Source: Camelus dromedarius (lineage: Eukaryota). From it: 64,000 nt of DNA. Under the pieces are notes generated by a model. That model ran no database searches. It saw nothing but the letters and a program-made list of their open reading frames with translations, and was not told the DNA's origin. The first letter of the stretch is position 1. Every line of letters begins with the position of its first letter. Where the stretch lies: the NCBI RefSeq assembly GCF_036321535.1, contig NC_087436.1, forward strand, positions 70,496,001-70,560,000. Direction: 5' to 3'. Below are positions 41,010-54,830 of the stretch, in pieces. Both the position numbers and the translations under genes were made by a program.

Positions 41010-41330
41010 GTTCATTCATTTATCAGACATCTATTGAGAGACAGCAGTATGCTGAGGCACACCACGCTAGGGGTCTAGGTCCTGGAGAAGGAGCTGAGAC
41101 GTGATCCCTGTTCCCAGCACGGGTCATGGAATTTACAGCCTGAAAGGAGGAATGGCAGACATAGGAAGACCTCATTATAATGCAGCATTAAAAGTGATAT
41201 CACAGTGCTGGAGAGACACGCAGTACTTTGCACATGTCCAGAAGACACTGGTTAATTCTGTCTTGAATCAGGGAAGGCTTTATAAAAGTGTTGCCAGTTA
41301 AATTAAGAAGTGAGGATGAGAAGGAATTAT
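41010..41330 (-). mobile_element. L2 3' fragment
   Basis: 'ttcattcatttatcagacatctattgagagacagcagtatgctgaggcac...atcagggaaggctttataaaag'. Confidence 0.65.
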
Positions 41331-41524
41331 GTCTCTTTCATCTTGGTATTAATGTTTCCCAAGTGCTGAATGCAGTGCCTAACGTAGTAGGACCTCAGTA
41401 GTGAATTGGACACTGATCTGCAAGCCTGACTTGGTTTGAAGATCTGTCGCTTCCTATGTTTGTGGTCATAGTTCTTCCACCTCCCTCAAACACAGCTTAA
41501 GCCCTAGTTCTTTTTCTGTTGGTA

Positions 41525-41755
41525 CACTGGGGTGGTTAAAAGCACAGACTCTAATTTCACTTCCTGTCTCTGCTACTTAATGTCTGGGTGACCTTGGGCA
41601 GGTTACTTAACTGCTCCGTGCCTCAGTCTCCTCATCTATAAAATAAGATAATAATGGCACCTCGTGTTATTAAATGGAAAAAAGTTAAATGCAGAGGACT
41701 GAGAATGCGGACTAAGTATTAAGAATAGTAATCACTTAATAGTTATTAGCAATTT
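41525..41755 (+). mobile_element. MIR SINE
   Basis: 'gggtgaccttgggcaggttacttaactgctccgtgcctcagtctcctcatctataaaataagataataatggcacctc'. Confidence 0.85.
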
Positions 41756-42288
41756 TTGTGTTTCGTTTACACGTGTCTTTGCCCTTAGTTCATTTATCTA
41801 TAATGCCAGTTCACAAATACTCATTGTTACTTGCAAAAGTAGTATTTTCCTTTATATTTTGTGATTGACGGGGGGAAAATGGGAAAGTAGACTTATTTTA
41901 GGAAGCAAGTTGTTTATTCAGGGCCTGCTTTTGCTTTAAAGCACTGATCATAAGGTCCTAGTTAATGACACAGGGAGCTCACATGTGTTTTGCTAATTAC
42001 AAATCATGCTTCTTGGCGGCCTCTTTAACTGGTAAAATGACCTCCAGATTCTGATTTTTCTTCACTCCGTATTAATAGTTAACAAACTGTTTAATGTGCA
42101 GCAGGAAAGCCAAGTAAGCCTGAAGCGTTTAGAAATGGCATGTGAATTAGTTGTAAACTGTTTCAGTAAATATTAAATGGGTGGCAATTACTTAAAGTGA
42201 TTGCTTAAGTTTCATTAAAGTATTTAAGAGAAAAATATGTGCTTAATTCTGCTTTAATTATAAGGCGCTCATTAGGGTAGCTTCGATC

Positions 42289-42458
42289 TAGGGTTTACCA
42301 AACCTAATTCATAACTTTACCCAGGGCATCTCGGTCTGTTAAAAATACAGATTACTGACTCGCCTCTCTCCTCAGCCCCACTGAGATTCAGGAACTGGTA
42401 ATCTGTGTTTTTAATCGCCTCAGGGGAATCTGATGATCAGGACTGTTTGGAAGACACA
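42289..42458. mobile_element. MER5A1-like hAT-Charlie element
   Basis: 'tgttaaaaatacagattactg...ccccactgagattcag...aatctgtgtttttaatcgcctcaggggaatctgatgatcaggactgtttggaagacac'. Confidence 0.65.
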
Positions 42459-42474
42459 ACTCAGGTGTTGTCTT

Positions 42475-42797
42475 TTTTTTTTTTTTAAATAGACAATTTT
42501 TTTTAGAGCAGTTTCAGGTTCACAACAGAATTAAGCAGAAAATACAGAGCTTGCACATAGCCCTCCCCACCCACACATACAAACATCCCTACCCTCAACA
42601 TCCCTCATTAGTGTGACATATTTGGTACAATCTATGAACCAACACGGACACATTATTATCAACCAAAGTCCATAGTTTACATTAGGGTTCACTCTTGATG
42701 TTGTACATTCTGTGGGTTTTGACAAATGCATAATGACATGTAGCCACTGGTATAAGTATCATACAGAATAATTTCATTGCCCTAAAACTCCCTTGTG
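42475..42797 (-). mobile_element. L1MC1-like 3' end with perfect 15-bp TSD
   Basis: Poly-T head and 'ccaaagtccatagtttacattagggttcactcttgatgttgtacattctgtgggttttgacaaatg'. CTCAGGTGTTGTCTT lies at 42460-42474 and 42798-42812. Confidence 0.9.
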
Positions 42798-43341
42798 CTC
42801 AGGTGTTGTCTTGACTAAATGTCTACTTTAGATTTTGCATTCGACAGTTGGAAAAAGCACTTAAAGATATGTCAGAGTAACTGGTTACCAAGGGTTAGGA
42901 GTGGGGAGCAGAGACGAAGGTAGCTGAGAAGATGGAAGTCTGTGAGTTTTGCGTTGCCTGGCTAAGCCTTCAGCACGGGAAGCAGCACCACCGTTGTCTG
43001 ACTACAGCAGGAAATGCTTTATTGCTAGGCTTACCACAAATTAGTTGAGTTTTTTTAGGTTGGTGAAGAGTGTGGATGAAAATAAGGTAAGCTTATCAGA
43101 TGTTATCTGGTAAGTTGAGTAGAGCATATATGAACCGATTAGCGAAAGAAATGCTGAGTACACTGTTGAAGAAAGTTGCTTAACCACAGATTGTTAAATT
43201 CTTAGAAACAAACAGAAGCAGACAGCTACATTCTTAAGGTGTGCACGGCTAAGAGAACAAAGATACTGAGATGCAAAAAGCTCTCAACTTGAATAGGTGT
43301 CCACAACTCCTTTTCATAATTTTTAAAATAAATTACATGTG

Positions 43342-43652
43342 TTTTTATTGAAGTATAGCTGATTTACAGTATTAGTTTCAGGTGTACAGCAAAGTGATTA
43401 GGCTATACATAGATAGCTATTTGTTTTCAGATTCTTTTCCATTATAGGTTATTACAAGGTGTGGAATACAGTTCCCTGTGCTGTACAGTAGGTCCTTGTT
43501 GGCTATCTCTTTTATAGATAGTAGTGTGTATATGTTTATCCCAAACTCCTAATGTATCCCTCTCCCCACCCTTGCCCCTTTGTTAACCATTAAGTTTGTT
43601 TTCTGTGTTTGTGAGTCTATTTCTGTTTTGTCAATAGGTTCATTTGTGTCCC
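43342..43652 (-). mobile_element. 5'-truncated L1 3' end (cetartiodactyl type)
   Basis: 'tttttattgaagtatagctgatttacagtattagtttcaggtgtacagcaaagtgatt...agttccctgtgctgtacagtaggtccttgtt...gtgagtctatttctgttttg'. Confidence 0.88.
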
Positions 43653-43719
43653 TTATCACAACTTTATAGATGTGTTCATTGTGATAAGAACTGCCAAGTA
43701 CCCTCCCTCCTCCACCCCA

Positions 43720-44070
43720 CCAACTACAGCACGGCCCTAAACAGCTTTTTAAAATGCCCACCTGCTTTTGCCACTCCCTGCTTGAGGCCCTCAGTACTTC
43801 CGTGTTGGTACCATAGGATAAAGTCTAGATGCCTTATCAGGGTGTACAGGGCCATTCATGATTTATCGCATATCTTTTTTTATAGTCTCGTCTTTCTTCT
43901 CTTACCACATTGTCATGCTCTGTGCCCCAGTCACACTGACCTGTAGGCTTCCCAAATGCTTTAAGGAAAAAGAAAACCAACATTATTCTGTTATAGCCTG
44001 TAGCACAGTGCAGAGGAGGGGCTCAGTTCACAGTCAGTTTTAATAAGAGTTGATTGGATTAATGAATAAA
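43720..44070 (+). mobile_element. L2 3' fragment
   Basis: 'ataggataaagtctagatgccttatcagggtgtacagggccattcatga', ending 'tagcacagtgc...ttgattggattaatgaataaat'. Confidence 0.6.
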
Positions 44071-47000
44071 TCAAAAAGCTCTTAACACAATGACTGTAAT
44101 TGTCTGTTTACGCCTGAGTTTTTCCCTCGTGGGATGCGAGCCCACTCAAAGCACTACAGCGTGTAGATGAGTATACGCATCACGTGTGTGTAGTGTGTAC
44201 ATGAGCACGTGGAAACTCATTACAAATATGAGTGGATCAATAGTCTGCCTGACTGGATCACAGACTAACAGATACTTTGCATATTCATGGTCAACCCTTA
44301 GTTATCCACGCTATTAAAGGGAGATTGAACAAGCCAAACATATTAAATAACAGTATGCTTGATTTTCTTGGAATTTTTAAGATTATCAAGCCAAACGATG
44401 ACTATCCAAATCTTGAGAGACTGGAAATTTGGCTGACTTTCTAGGTTCCTCCCTATCCCATGGAATTCTTTGTTTTTCTCTCTATTCTGTGTTTAACAGC
44501 ATCAAACCTAAAACCCGTGTAAATATAGATTTAGGCAAAGCTGACCTGTCCAAAATCACACTTCATCAGGATTGAGAAGGCACATACGTGTTTTGAGCTG
44601 TATAAGGACTTGGGCTTGAGTTAGGTTTCCTGGGAAAACAAAAATTGACAAGAGATTTTGAACAGTCATTATGTTACTTTATCATAGTCAGTTTGGTTAT
44701 GATGAGAAACTGAAAACAATGGATAAAAGTTGGTCACAGTCACCTGGATTCATGTGGAGCCATTGCAAAGCCATGGTGCAAACATCGATTCAAACCCTCT
44801 TCAATGGACACAGAGAAGACTTCCTTCTCAGACGGGGCTTCCGATGCTCCCAGGGTTGAGTGGTATGGGGTACAGGATAAATATATAATACTTGCCTGAA
44901 GCATCACTTTTACTTGAATATTTGGAAGAAATATTTAAAAATTATTAAAAATATTGAAATATTAAAAAATATTAAACATAAATTTATTAACTGTAAGTGC
45001 AAAATCCATTAACGTCTTTAGAGTTGAAAGACAAAGTGTGGAGATTTACAGAGGTATTTTGAGGCTGGGTGATCCAGTTGCTCACTCTGATAAGAGTTCT
45101 GAAGAACGTGCACATTATACTAAAGGTTTGTAAAATGGATGATTTAAGGAGCCTAGCATAGACATTTTCAACGTAAAGTACACAGTTTTGACTTCTTCAC
45201 GGAGGACTCTGCAGTTCTCTTTAACCACTTCTTGGGCACAAAGGACGGTGGTAGGATTTTAGCTTCACTTTGTTGCTTGAGAAACCAGTGAGAACCCAGA
45301 GCTTCAGAGAGAGATGCCTTTGTGCTTTTGAGAATAAGTTAAATCATGAACTACTTTATTAGAGCCAGTTGGAGGTAGCATACTGCTGGCAATTCCAAAC
45401 CATTTAAAAAACAAAAGTTACGGTTATTAATTTTTGAAGACACAAAAGCATGAATCAACATTATAGCAGTGTCAGTATCGCACTAGGAACTGGTTTCAGC
45501 TGAACTGTGGCAGCAAAATAAATGTTTGCAGATTGTTTTGACAGCATGTCATCCTCTGGGCTTCAGTTTCTTCGCCAGCAGCCTTACTTTTGAAACAAGA
45601 GTTGCTGCACTTGAAGTAGAGAAGAAAATCCTCCCTCTGAACATTTCTGGACCTTAGTGAATAACTCTATTTGCAAGCATTTGTAATGTAGCCCTGCAAA
45701 TGTTTTTAACTGGAACTGAATATGTTGCTAAGTGATGCGCCTCGAAACATCTGCCTGGCATGTTGCACTGTGGTGGAAATCAGGGAAGTGAGTCCATAAA
45801 GCAGAGTGGTCAGCTGGTCTTCATGGTGGGACAGGCCGTTTTAAAACACAGGTCACATGTGTTTTTACAGTTCTCTAGACAGGGCTGTAAAATGGAAAGG
45901 CACTTACTCATCTAATGTACTGAATTGTTGTAAGCATTTATTGACCCCTGACAGTTAGATAGTCTTAAAGATTGTAAGGCTCCTGTGCTAATTTTCATGG
46001 GATACTTTTTTTTAACTTCTAAGATTTTATGAAGGTGTGCATATGTGCTGTTAGTTGGTTTTATTCTTACTTTCCAGGGTACACCCATCACTGAAGTTAG
46101 GCACATGCAACCCTAGAAGGTTAGTTTACTTCCTGGAGTCAATATCTTTTGTATATTTTTTTGAAAGTCATTTGTTGAGTTTGAAGAAAATCATTTTCCA
46201 AAGCAATTGCATATTCACTTTATACAAAACTCTGCTTCTATGTGTTTGTACACATTTCATCTGACTCTCAAACAGATCTGTAACCCCCAAAGTTAAAAGT
46301 GACAAGTTTATGGGCTAAGTTGTTTGAGCTCTGGAATGAATTTAGACAACTCTTAAAAGCCATTCATAATCAGAGGAAAATAAATTAAAACGAGTAGAAT
46401 GGATGGCTTGTTGAAAAGTAAAGGAATAATGGCTCGATCTCAAGCTTAGTGTAGGAAAAGTTTAGCACTCCTTGAAAGGCATTTGGTAATATATAGTACT
46501 TGGTTACTTAAAAAGAGAAAAATAAACATTGTTATTATCAAGATCCTAACATGACTCACTTTCAAAGAGTTTTTGTCAATGGCTAGATATGTTTTGAGAT
46601 ATCGCTCATGGGCCCTTGAAGGGTGCCCTATGTTAAGAAATACAGTAGAGATAGGCAGGAAGTGGGGAGCACATTATAGTAAAATGAGTGTGGACTTTAT
46701 AGTCAGTCAGATCTACAGAACTGCATTCCAAGTCTCAGATTCCCTCATGACTAGATCTTGTGATTTGGGTAAGGTACAGAACCTCCTTGAACATGTTTTA
46801 TTGATGATGAATACAGAGATAATAATATTTAGGTTATAAGGGTGTTCTTAAAGAGATAAAATGTTCCTAGTTCATGCTATTTACTGATGAATGTTCTTAT
46901 TAATAAATGTTTCCAATCAAGTGCTCTGACTAATGCAAATATTGCAGTTTATACTGCTTGGTTGGAAAAAAAACAAACAGAAAGCATGTTGAAGACTCTT

Positions 47001-50000
47001 CAATTAAACCCCATATTAGTAACTCTCTTTTGAAGAGGCTTGCAAGTGGTGATTGATTGACAGAAGAACAAGCAAAAGAAGAAATCTTGTGATCCTGGAA
47101 AACTGAAGTATAAATTTTGGAAGCTAAGACTGCAGTGGGTGTGTAGTCCAGTTCACTTACATGGGATTGTATCCCAAATGAGATTGTAAGCCAAGTTACT
47201 ATTCTTCAAGTCTTTTATCATTTCAAATTGTAATAGATTCAAGATAGAAGAGAAATTCACTTCTGAAGTGAGCTTGATTTTGGCATGTGAAAGAAAACAG
47301 TTTTTTTTTTTTTTTGGACTCAGCTCAGAATCTACTAATTTCATAGGCAAATTAACCAATTGCCATTCATGGCAGGACATACCCACACAAACATTTCAGA
47401 AAAATTTTAACTGCAGTTGATGTTTCTGAAGTGAATTCTTGGACATTACCATCCATATGACTCAGATGAATTACTCTGTAGGAGAAAATTTAGTAGCCAC
47501 TGATTTAATGTCTAAATGATGCAATTTTAATATGTAGGTCTGTTTTGTATTAGTGGCCGGGAAAAATGATTAGAAACTGACTTTCAGAATTCTGTTTAGG
47601 GGATTTATTAGGCTGAGATCACAAGTAACCATTAGATGGCATTTTGGGGTGTGATTTAAAGTAGGATTAGATGAATATAATCTTATAAGGACAGGGCGTT
47701 GGCCAGTTTTTCTTTGCATATACAAGGCAGAAGTTCAGAGTATATTTAATAATTATAATTTATGTACACCAACAATGAAATCTGTAAAAATATTTGGGCT
47801 CTTGTTTTGAAAAACTAAGACTTTTTTAAGGAACATGATCACAAAACATGAATTTTGTCCTACTGTAGTAGAGACTCATACTTCCTAAAATCTCTGTTAG
47901 ACAACACTAGAGACTGGGTGAGTATTTTTTAGGGCATAATGATCTTCATGTGTGTGTGTTTTGGGTGCAGCTCAGAGGTAACCAATGTTGTATAATACTT
48001 ACTGAGTGATTCTTGAGTTGTTGATGTGTATGTGCTTTGAAGACAGACACTTACGTGAGGAGAAAAAGCAGATGGTTGTCCGTAGGACCTGTGCATGAAA
48101 ACTTGTGCTCTACACAAAATATCCCCATTCGTTTCAGCACGTCATCCTTGTGCGCGGCTTAGTGCCTCTCACCGCGTGTTCCTGTTAATCTGTGGACCAT
48201 CATGCTTCCCTTTCCCTTTCTGTGTTTGGAATTCCTCATCCTTATTCACATGCTTTATTCTTCTTCCAGGGATGTCTCAGCTTTTTAAACCATCTTAAAC
48301 AGTTCATGCTTACTTAGGTCTCTGGAGCTGGTTATGTGCCTTTTCTCTTGAAGTCACCTTCACTGAGGTTTATTTTTGTTGCCACACTTGATGATAAATT
48401 CGTTGAAAAAGGACGAGTACATATCTTCATTGCGCAACTCCTTTACGTGGCTGGTGTGTAAATACTCGTAGTCAGTGCCCACTACACATCTTTGACTGAA
48501 AAATGGGATATATAAAGGCTGAGAATATTGCCAAGGATTAATAGTCTTTCCCTCCAAGAATGCCAGCTTTTCAGGTTTTTTCAGTCTTTCCATTAGGAGA
48601 TTTGTTAATAGGTATTGTTTCTCAAAGGAAAGATGAGCTCAAAAGTGATAGAATGAATAGCACATCAGTAGGTCATTGAATACAGTAGCAGCGTCTTGTG
48701 TTTCTGGGTAGATTTTGGTGAGGCAGAAGAGCACAGTTCAGTTCCATCATCCATGGATGTGCCTTGTCATCTCTTCCTTTTTCCTGTTGTTACTGTGTGT
48801 CAACCAGGTGGGAAAGGTGAGTCAGAGGGTAAAGGGGGATTTGCTCAGTTGGAATTGGAGCTGAGCACGAGATTTAGGTCTTATAATTCTGATTCCATCA
48901 CTCCACCCGTGATTACTGTTTACTCAGGGTTGTGTTGTGTCAAGAAGTAAAATTCCTTGCTATCACTAGGCAGGAGGGCACGTGTAGAACTCCATCTGAA
49001 CAACGAATGGTTCCTAGGCTATAAAGATCTACTCCCCCTGAAGTTAAAAGAACGAGCCACTGCAGACACCTCATTGATCACTTAGGGGAATTTGCCAACA
49101 TACCAGCAAGATTTGGAGGGTCTTTATTATCTTATGTAAGCCCTCCTTAAAGTGTATTGAGGACGATCCCCCCTTCCCATCATACTCCCAAAACAACAGT
49201 ACTTCTTTAATTTATTTTCACAATATTAGGCTTAACGTAAATGAGTATTTACATTTAATATTTGCCTTGACCTATTGACTCTCCTACCTATCCGTAATGA
49301 GTTGCTTTTATCTCTATTTGCCCTGGTTTTTCACTCTTAATTTGGTGACTTGATCTTGATTCTCCCTCCTGGTGTCTTTAGATTTGTTGTTTGTATTTGC
49401 TGGCTTTGGCATTTGACCTTGGCTTCCTCTTAGAAATTTCAGCTTGTCTCATTTTTCAGACCCAGAGCACCTTCTACTGCCTTCTTAGGAGTTCCCTGTC
49501 TCATTCTTTATATCCTTCTGTATTTGAACCCCAGGTATCCCACTTTGCTCGTGGCTCTTTCCTGCCTCTCCACATACGGAGGGTGGCAGAGGGATCTGGA
49601 CAATTGTCAAGTGAATGCCTTACCTCTACTTTCTAAGATTACTGAAGCATTTTGCGAACATAGTTCCAAGAAAGACAGATTTGAGCCTATGTAGGTCTTG
49701 AAAAGTGTGATAAATTGATAAATGTATTTCTAAACTACTTTAAACTGATTTGTGATGAATCTAAAGAAAGGATTGTCTGAGAAGACAGAGGAACTCTAAG
49801 ATTTGTGATTGATGTTTAAGTAATTGGAAATTCTGCAGCCAATTAAGGAATAGCCATGTCTTACATGTCACCACAAGCCTTAGAAGTGACTAGACACTTT
49901 CTCTGCCTGTTCTTTCTGAACGGGAAGCTGTTACTAATGAATGCCGTTTGAAGTGGTGCTCGTTGACTCTCCTTCTGATGAACCGAGGTTATCTCCAGAT

Positions 50001-52887
50001 GACTTGAAGTGTATAAATTAGACTTTTTATATAAGGGATAAGGAGATGTTGGATACAAAAAATATAGTGAAAACATATTGTGTTGAAAAGAGTGACTTTC
50101 TCACTTTTGTTGATATTACTCTGTGAAATACAGATTGTTCATGACACACTTTAATGGGAAATCAAAGTCCCTGACCAGCTCACATACACCGTCTGATCTA
50201 CGTTTTCCATCAGCTTTGTGTGGATAACTTAGAAGGAGGTTTATTTCTGTAACAAATGCTCCTCCCTTCTAAAATATGGTTCTTAAAACTTAGCTGGTTT
50301 CATCTTCTTGTTTATTGAAAATGGGTTTAGCAAATCACTGTTGATAATTTGGGAAGGTACTTGGTGAAGCTGCACGAAAACTTATTGTTTATATTAATTA
50401 TTATAATTCACATTATTCTTGTTATTCATGTGCCATTTCACAAGTCATTGAACTTAAGCTTCACAAGTGGCCTTTAAGATTCCAGCCTCATTTTGAGGTC
50501 TTTGCTGGCCAGTGGACATATGTTGCTGGTTGGCTTCAATAATGGAGAGCCTTCTGGGTAGATCAGACAAGGCAAATGAAGCACTATGTTGTCTGAGAAC
50601 AGTGAAACTATTGATGTCAAATTGGTAGTGTTGGAGGACCTGTTATATATATTTTTTTCTTTGCTGAGAATGTAATTAAGCTTCAGAGAGGTGAGAGATC
50701 ACTGCCACTAATTTTGAGCAGACTTAAGACAGAAAAGAGGAAAAGCTCAGTGTAGAATTTTGTTGACGATTCTTATGTTCAGAGTCCCATCAAAATCTTT
50801 AGAGCAGTGACGTGTCTGTGGGGAATGTGACTTTTTTTTTTTCTTTATAAAGAACCAGTACCAATGCAACGTGTCCTTGATGCCCCCATTCCCTACTCTT
50901 TCCTTTCTTAACGGAATTATGTTCTGAATCACATTTCTCAGTATTGCTATCCAGGAAAGATGGGTAGAAATTTTTGGCAATGTGGGGATGAAGTCAGAAG
51001 CCCTAAAGATTCTTTAAAGCTTGGTACCTTTAATTCTTATGTATTTTGAAAGAAAGTCTGCAGGAAGGAGGATGCCTCCTTTTGTCTGTGGAGGCATCTG
51101 ATGGCAGCAGCGTGGTGGTGGTGACACTAATATTGGAGCAATAAATTTAGCTACTTTGTATAGAAGAGAGTTGCAGTCGAGCAAGTCTGTAGAGTTTATT
51201 TTAGGAATCGGGAAGATTTCCTAACGTTGATGAGAATTGAGTCTGACTTTAGAAACCTCAGGGTATAAATTGTGCTGATAATTGTTCTGAGTTGAACCTG
51301 GAGAAAATGCTGATGTGTTCACTCTTAAGCAGAGTGATTCATCATATAAACCGTATCATGGACAGCTCTGGCAGGGCAAAGAGAAGTGAAGCAGGGAGGA
51401 AGAAATTAAAGAAAAATGGAAGTGGGAACTGGGACACGCATTAGGAATTCTTAGGTCTTTTAGAAACAGGTTGCAGGTGGCCACAGCCGTTGCCATCTTA
51501 ATTAATGGGTGAGTTACTGTTTACAGAAAGCACCTTACTTTTTCCATGCCACTTGCATGAGGCCCCTCACCCCGTCCCCATTGTTCTATGCCCATGGGGT
51601 TTCTTTTATACCTGTGTGGCTAATCAGTCTGCTAGCTTTCAGAACCATGGCCAGTCCTGTCCTATGGTTCAGAAACGGCTGTTTGAATCCCTAGACAGCA
51701 GTAGAGGCAAATGCTTGAGGGTTATGTTTGTTTTGAGCATTTGTTGAGAAAGATAATTGAGATTTTGCAGTTTCAAGTACTGTAGGGACTAATTTGGCAT
51801 GATTGTCCCCACATTAGCGATTAAAAATACCTTAATAAGTTTGTTTTCCTTATAATAATGACATTAATGTTAATTTTGGAAAATTTGGAAATTGCACATA
51901 AGCAATAATTCTATTTTTGGGGATAAAGGTTGTTAACATTTGGCTCTAGTTTTTTTTTTTTTCCTATACACACTATATAAATCAGTAAGCCTTTGGTTGC
52001 AAGTGCAAGAAATCCGATTATAACTGGAATAAGCAAAACAGAATTTATTGATTCCCTGAAGGAAGGGTCAGGGTACAGCTGGTTCTTTGAGGAAAGGAAT
52101 TTGATCTGAACAAAAGACTAGAAGGGAGTTAAAAATAAGAACCCACAATTAATGTTTATGCAGATATGTAAGGCATTAGGTACCTTGCAACCTTGATAAG
52201 ACAGAGACATCCTGGTGGTTAAATTTGAGTGATAGACATGGTTGTGGAAATTCCTCTTCCTTCCTTGAATCCTTTCTTTTCTTCTGGAAATTCTCTGGCA
52301 TGTGGTAGGTGTCAAAAGACATAATTTACGTCTCAAGCAGGGACAAAACGTACTCTGAACAATGTACTGACTCATCACATCCACATTATCTGTCATGATA
52401 TTCCATCCAGACTTCTTGGTCACCTGCTTTTTTCCTTCCCATTGCTGTGTTGCTTTGGTACCTCAAGTATTGCCTCCTTGGGAACTTCAGAAGCTGACTT
52501 GCTTGGCGGGGTATTGTCATTGGCTTGTTGGGCCCCAGTGGCAGTGTCTACAATGTGGTACCCTTTCCAGCTGATTTTTGCAGGCAGAAGGCATCAGAGG
52601 TGGGATGGAGCCAAAAGGATAAGAGTGAAACATCCCCAGGGGGCCTAGCAGATACTTGGGAGGTAGATTTATCAGTGAGGGGCAGTCATGTGTTATGTAA
52701 CTGGGGCAGAGTCAGTGAAATTGGGTTATTACTGTTTCTGTGAGCCTATCTTTTCCCTCTGAGGGCTCGTGACTACCCTGCAAACATGGATTAAGTGAAG
52801 TGGGAGAAATGATAGGATGATATGGGAGAGTCCAGACCAAAAAAAAAAAAAAATCAAAAAGCTTATTTTCACCATTAGTTCAGTTAC

Positions 52888-53261
52888 TGTATTAGCTCAA
52901 GCTGCTGTGACAAAATATTGTAGACTGTGTAGCTTAAACAGCAGGGATTTATCTCTCACAGTTCTGGAGACTGAGAAGCCAAGATCAAGGTAGCAGGTGA
53001 TTTGGTTCCCCGATGAAGGCCCAGCTCCTGGCTTGCGGATGGCAGCCTTCCCCCTGTGTTCTCACATGGTAGAGAGAAAGAGGCAGCAAGCTCTCAGCTG
53101 TCTCTTCTTATAAGGGCACTAGTCACATTATGAGGGGCCCACTCTCAAAACCTCATCTAAACTCAGATATCTCCCAAGAGCTCCATCTCCAAATACCATC
53201 ACATTAGGGACTAGGGTTTCACCATATGAATTTTGTCAGGGACACAGTTCAGTCCTTAACA
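52888..53261 (-). mobile_element. MLT1A-type (ERVL-MaLR) solo LTR, 374 bp, with 5-bp TSD
   Basis: TG...CA termini. GTTAC at 52883-52887 and 53262-53266. Internal 'tctcacagttctggagactgagaagccaagatcaagg', 'tcttataagggcactagtc', 'ccatctccaaataccatcacattagg'. Confidence 0.92.
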
Positions 53262-54309
53262 GTTACTTAGTTTAGGTCACCAGTGAGGCTGCTAATACCC
53301 AAAATGACTGATTTGAATCTTATGTCTTTCTAATAGAGATTCTTGAAATATTGGGACAGTATAAATAATGTAATTAATATAATTGGAATAATTAATGAAA
53401 AGCATCAGCAGACCAAAAAGGCTTTGAGCCAATTTTTTTTCAATATGATGTGCCCTGGAATTTCATAGATACATTTATTTGACTGACAGGCCATCACTGG
53501 GACTACTTCCTTGTGAACAGCTTAGCAGCGTTTTAGATACACATATGAACACCACTGAAAGCCTAGTTTTAATTTTTCCAACCCACTGTGTTGGCAGAAA
53601 TTATGAAAGCAAAGGACAGAATAAGTTGAGGAATGTGAGGGCTACCACTTTTTTGTTCTAAAGAATTCTGAATATCTTATAGAAAGGACTTGAGTCCTGA
53701 TAACATTTTTGTAATATAAACTATAGGTAAATTTTTTTTTAACATCTTGAAAATGGAAGACTGAGACATAGGTATTTTCCAGAAATGTCTCAGCAAACTC
53801 CAGTTTCTGTCACCCCCTTGCTGGCTGAAGCTGAGCTTGCTCTGCTCCTAAGTGAGGGAGTTGGTGGTATCCTGGAATCCAGGCTCTTCGTGCCGTTGAC
53901 TCTTTTTAGCTGAATAATCATGTCATGGCAGATTAAGGATAATTGTGATAATTGACAGCTTTTCATGTGTGGGAGCTTATTAATACATGGATACCTAAGT
54001 ATTTTTAAAATTATCCTTCTTAATGACAGCTCTTTGGCTGTTTCACTGTCTTGAAACAGAAAAAGTAACCATCTAATTTACCTGTCTGGAGCCTGCCAGC
54101 ATGTAAATCAATAGTCATTTTCTGGGTATGTTGAGGTAGAAGTAGGTAGAGGCGTGGAGAAAGTCTACATGATATGTACAGGTCATGCCAATAAAAGTTG
54201 GATTCTATAGGAACAGGTTCTTCAAAGCAATTAATGTGAACATGCTAAAACGTAGATGGCTAATAGAAGTTAGCTCTACTCTAACCCATTAAAATGGGAT
54301 CATAGCTGT

Positions 54310-54830
54310 TTGTATGATAACTCTTTGGTAGCAAGTGACAGAAAAATTGCCTCAGGTTACTTTAAGCTAAAAGGGAATCCTTACATATGATTGAGAAGTT
54401 ACTGACTTCAGGCATGGCTGAATCTAGGTGCTTAAGTGATGGAGTCAGGAACATGTTGCCGTCTTGGTTCTGTGTTTTTTATTCCCAGGCAGGCTTTTCC
54501 CTTAGGGTTGCACGGTGGCCATCTGCACTCAAAGCTTTTATTAGCATCTTAGCACCTTAACATAAGGAGAAAATTTATTTCCTGGAAGTTCCAACAAAAG
54601 TACGATGCTTATTTACTCTGATTGGGCTGGATTAGGTAAAGTGTCCACTCAAAAATTAATTGCTGTGGCCAAGAATTGTATGATATTCTCATTGTCCAGG
54701 CCTGGGTCACAGGGAGTGATTCAGCCTCAGTGGACTTAAAAGTATTATAAGACAGTTCTCCAAAGGAAAATGGGGTGCTGTTATCAGAAAAAGAGGTTAG
54801 GGGTGCTGGGTGGACCAGATGCCACTGCAA
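54310..54830. mobile_element. Old MLT1 (J/K-like) LTR
   Basis: 'tttggtagcaagtgacagaaa', 'gacttcaggcatggctgaatctaggtgcttaa', 'tctgattgggctggattaggt', 'ccaggcctgggtcac', 'caaaggaaaatggggtgctgtta'. Confidence 0.7.

Noticed and set aside
44181..44211. Two CACGTG E-boxes 25 bp apart
   Set aside because: They sit in TG-rich, low-complexity, L2-adjacent sequence, and two hexamers alone are insufficient evidence.
44930..44990. AT-rich AAATATT repeats
   Set aside because: Ordinary low-complexity sequence.
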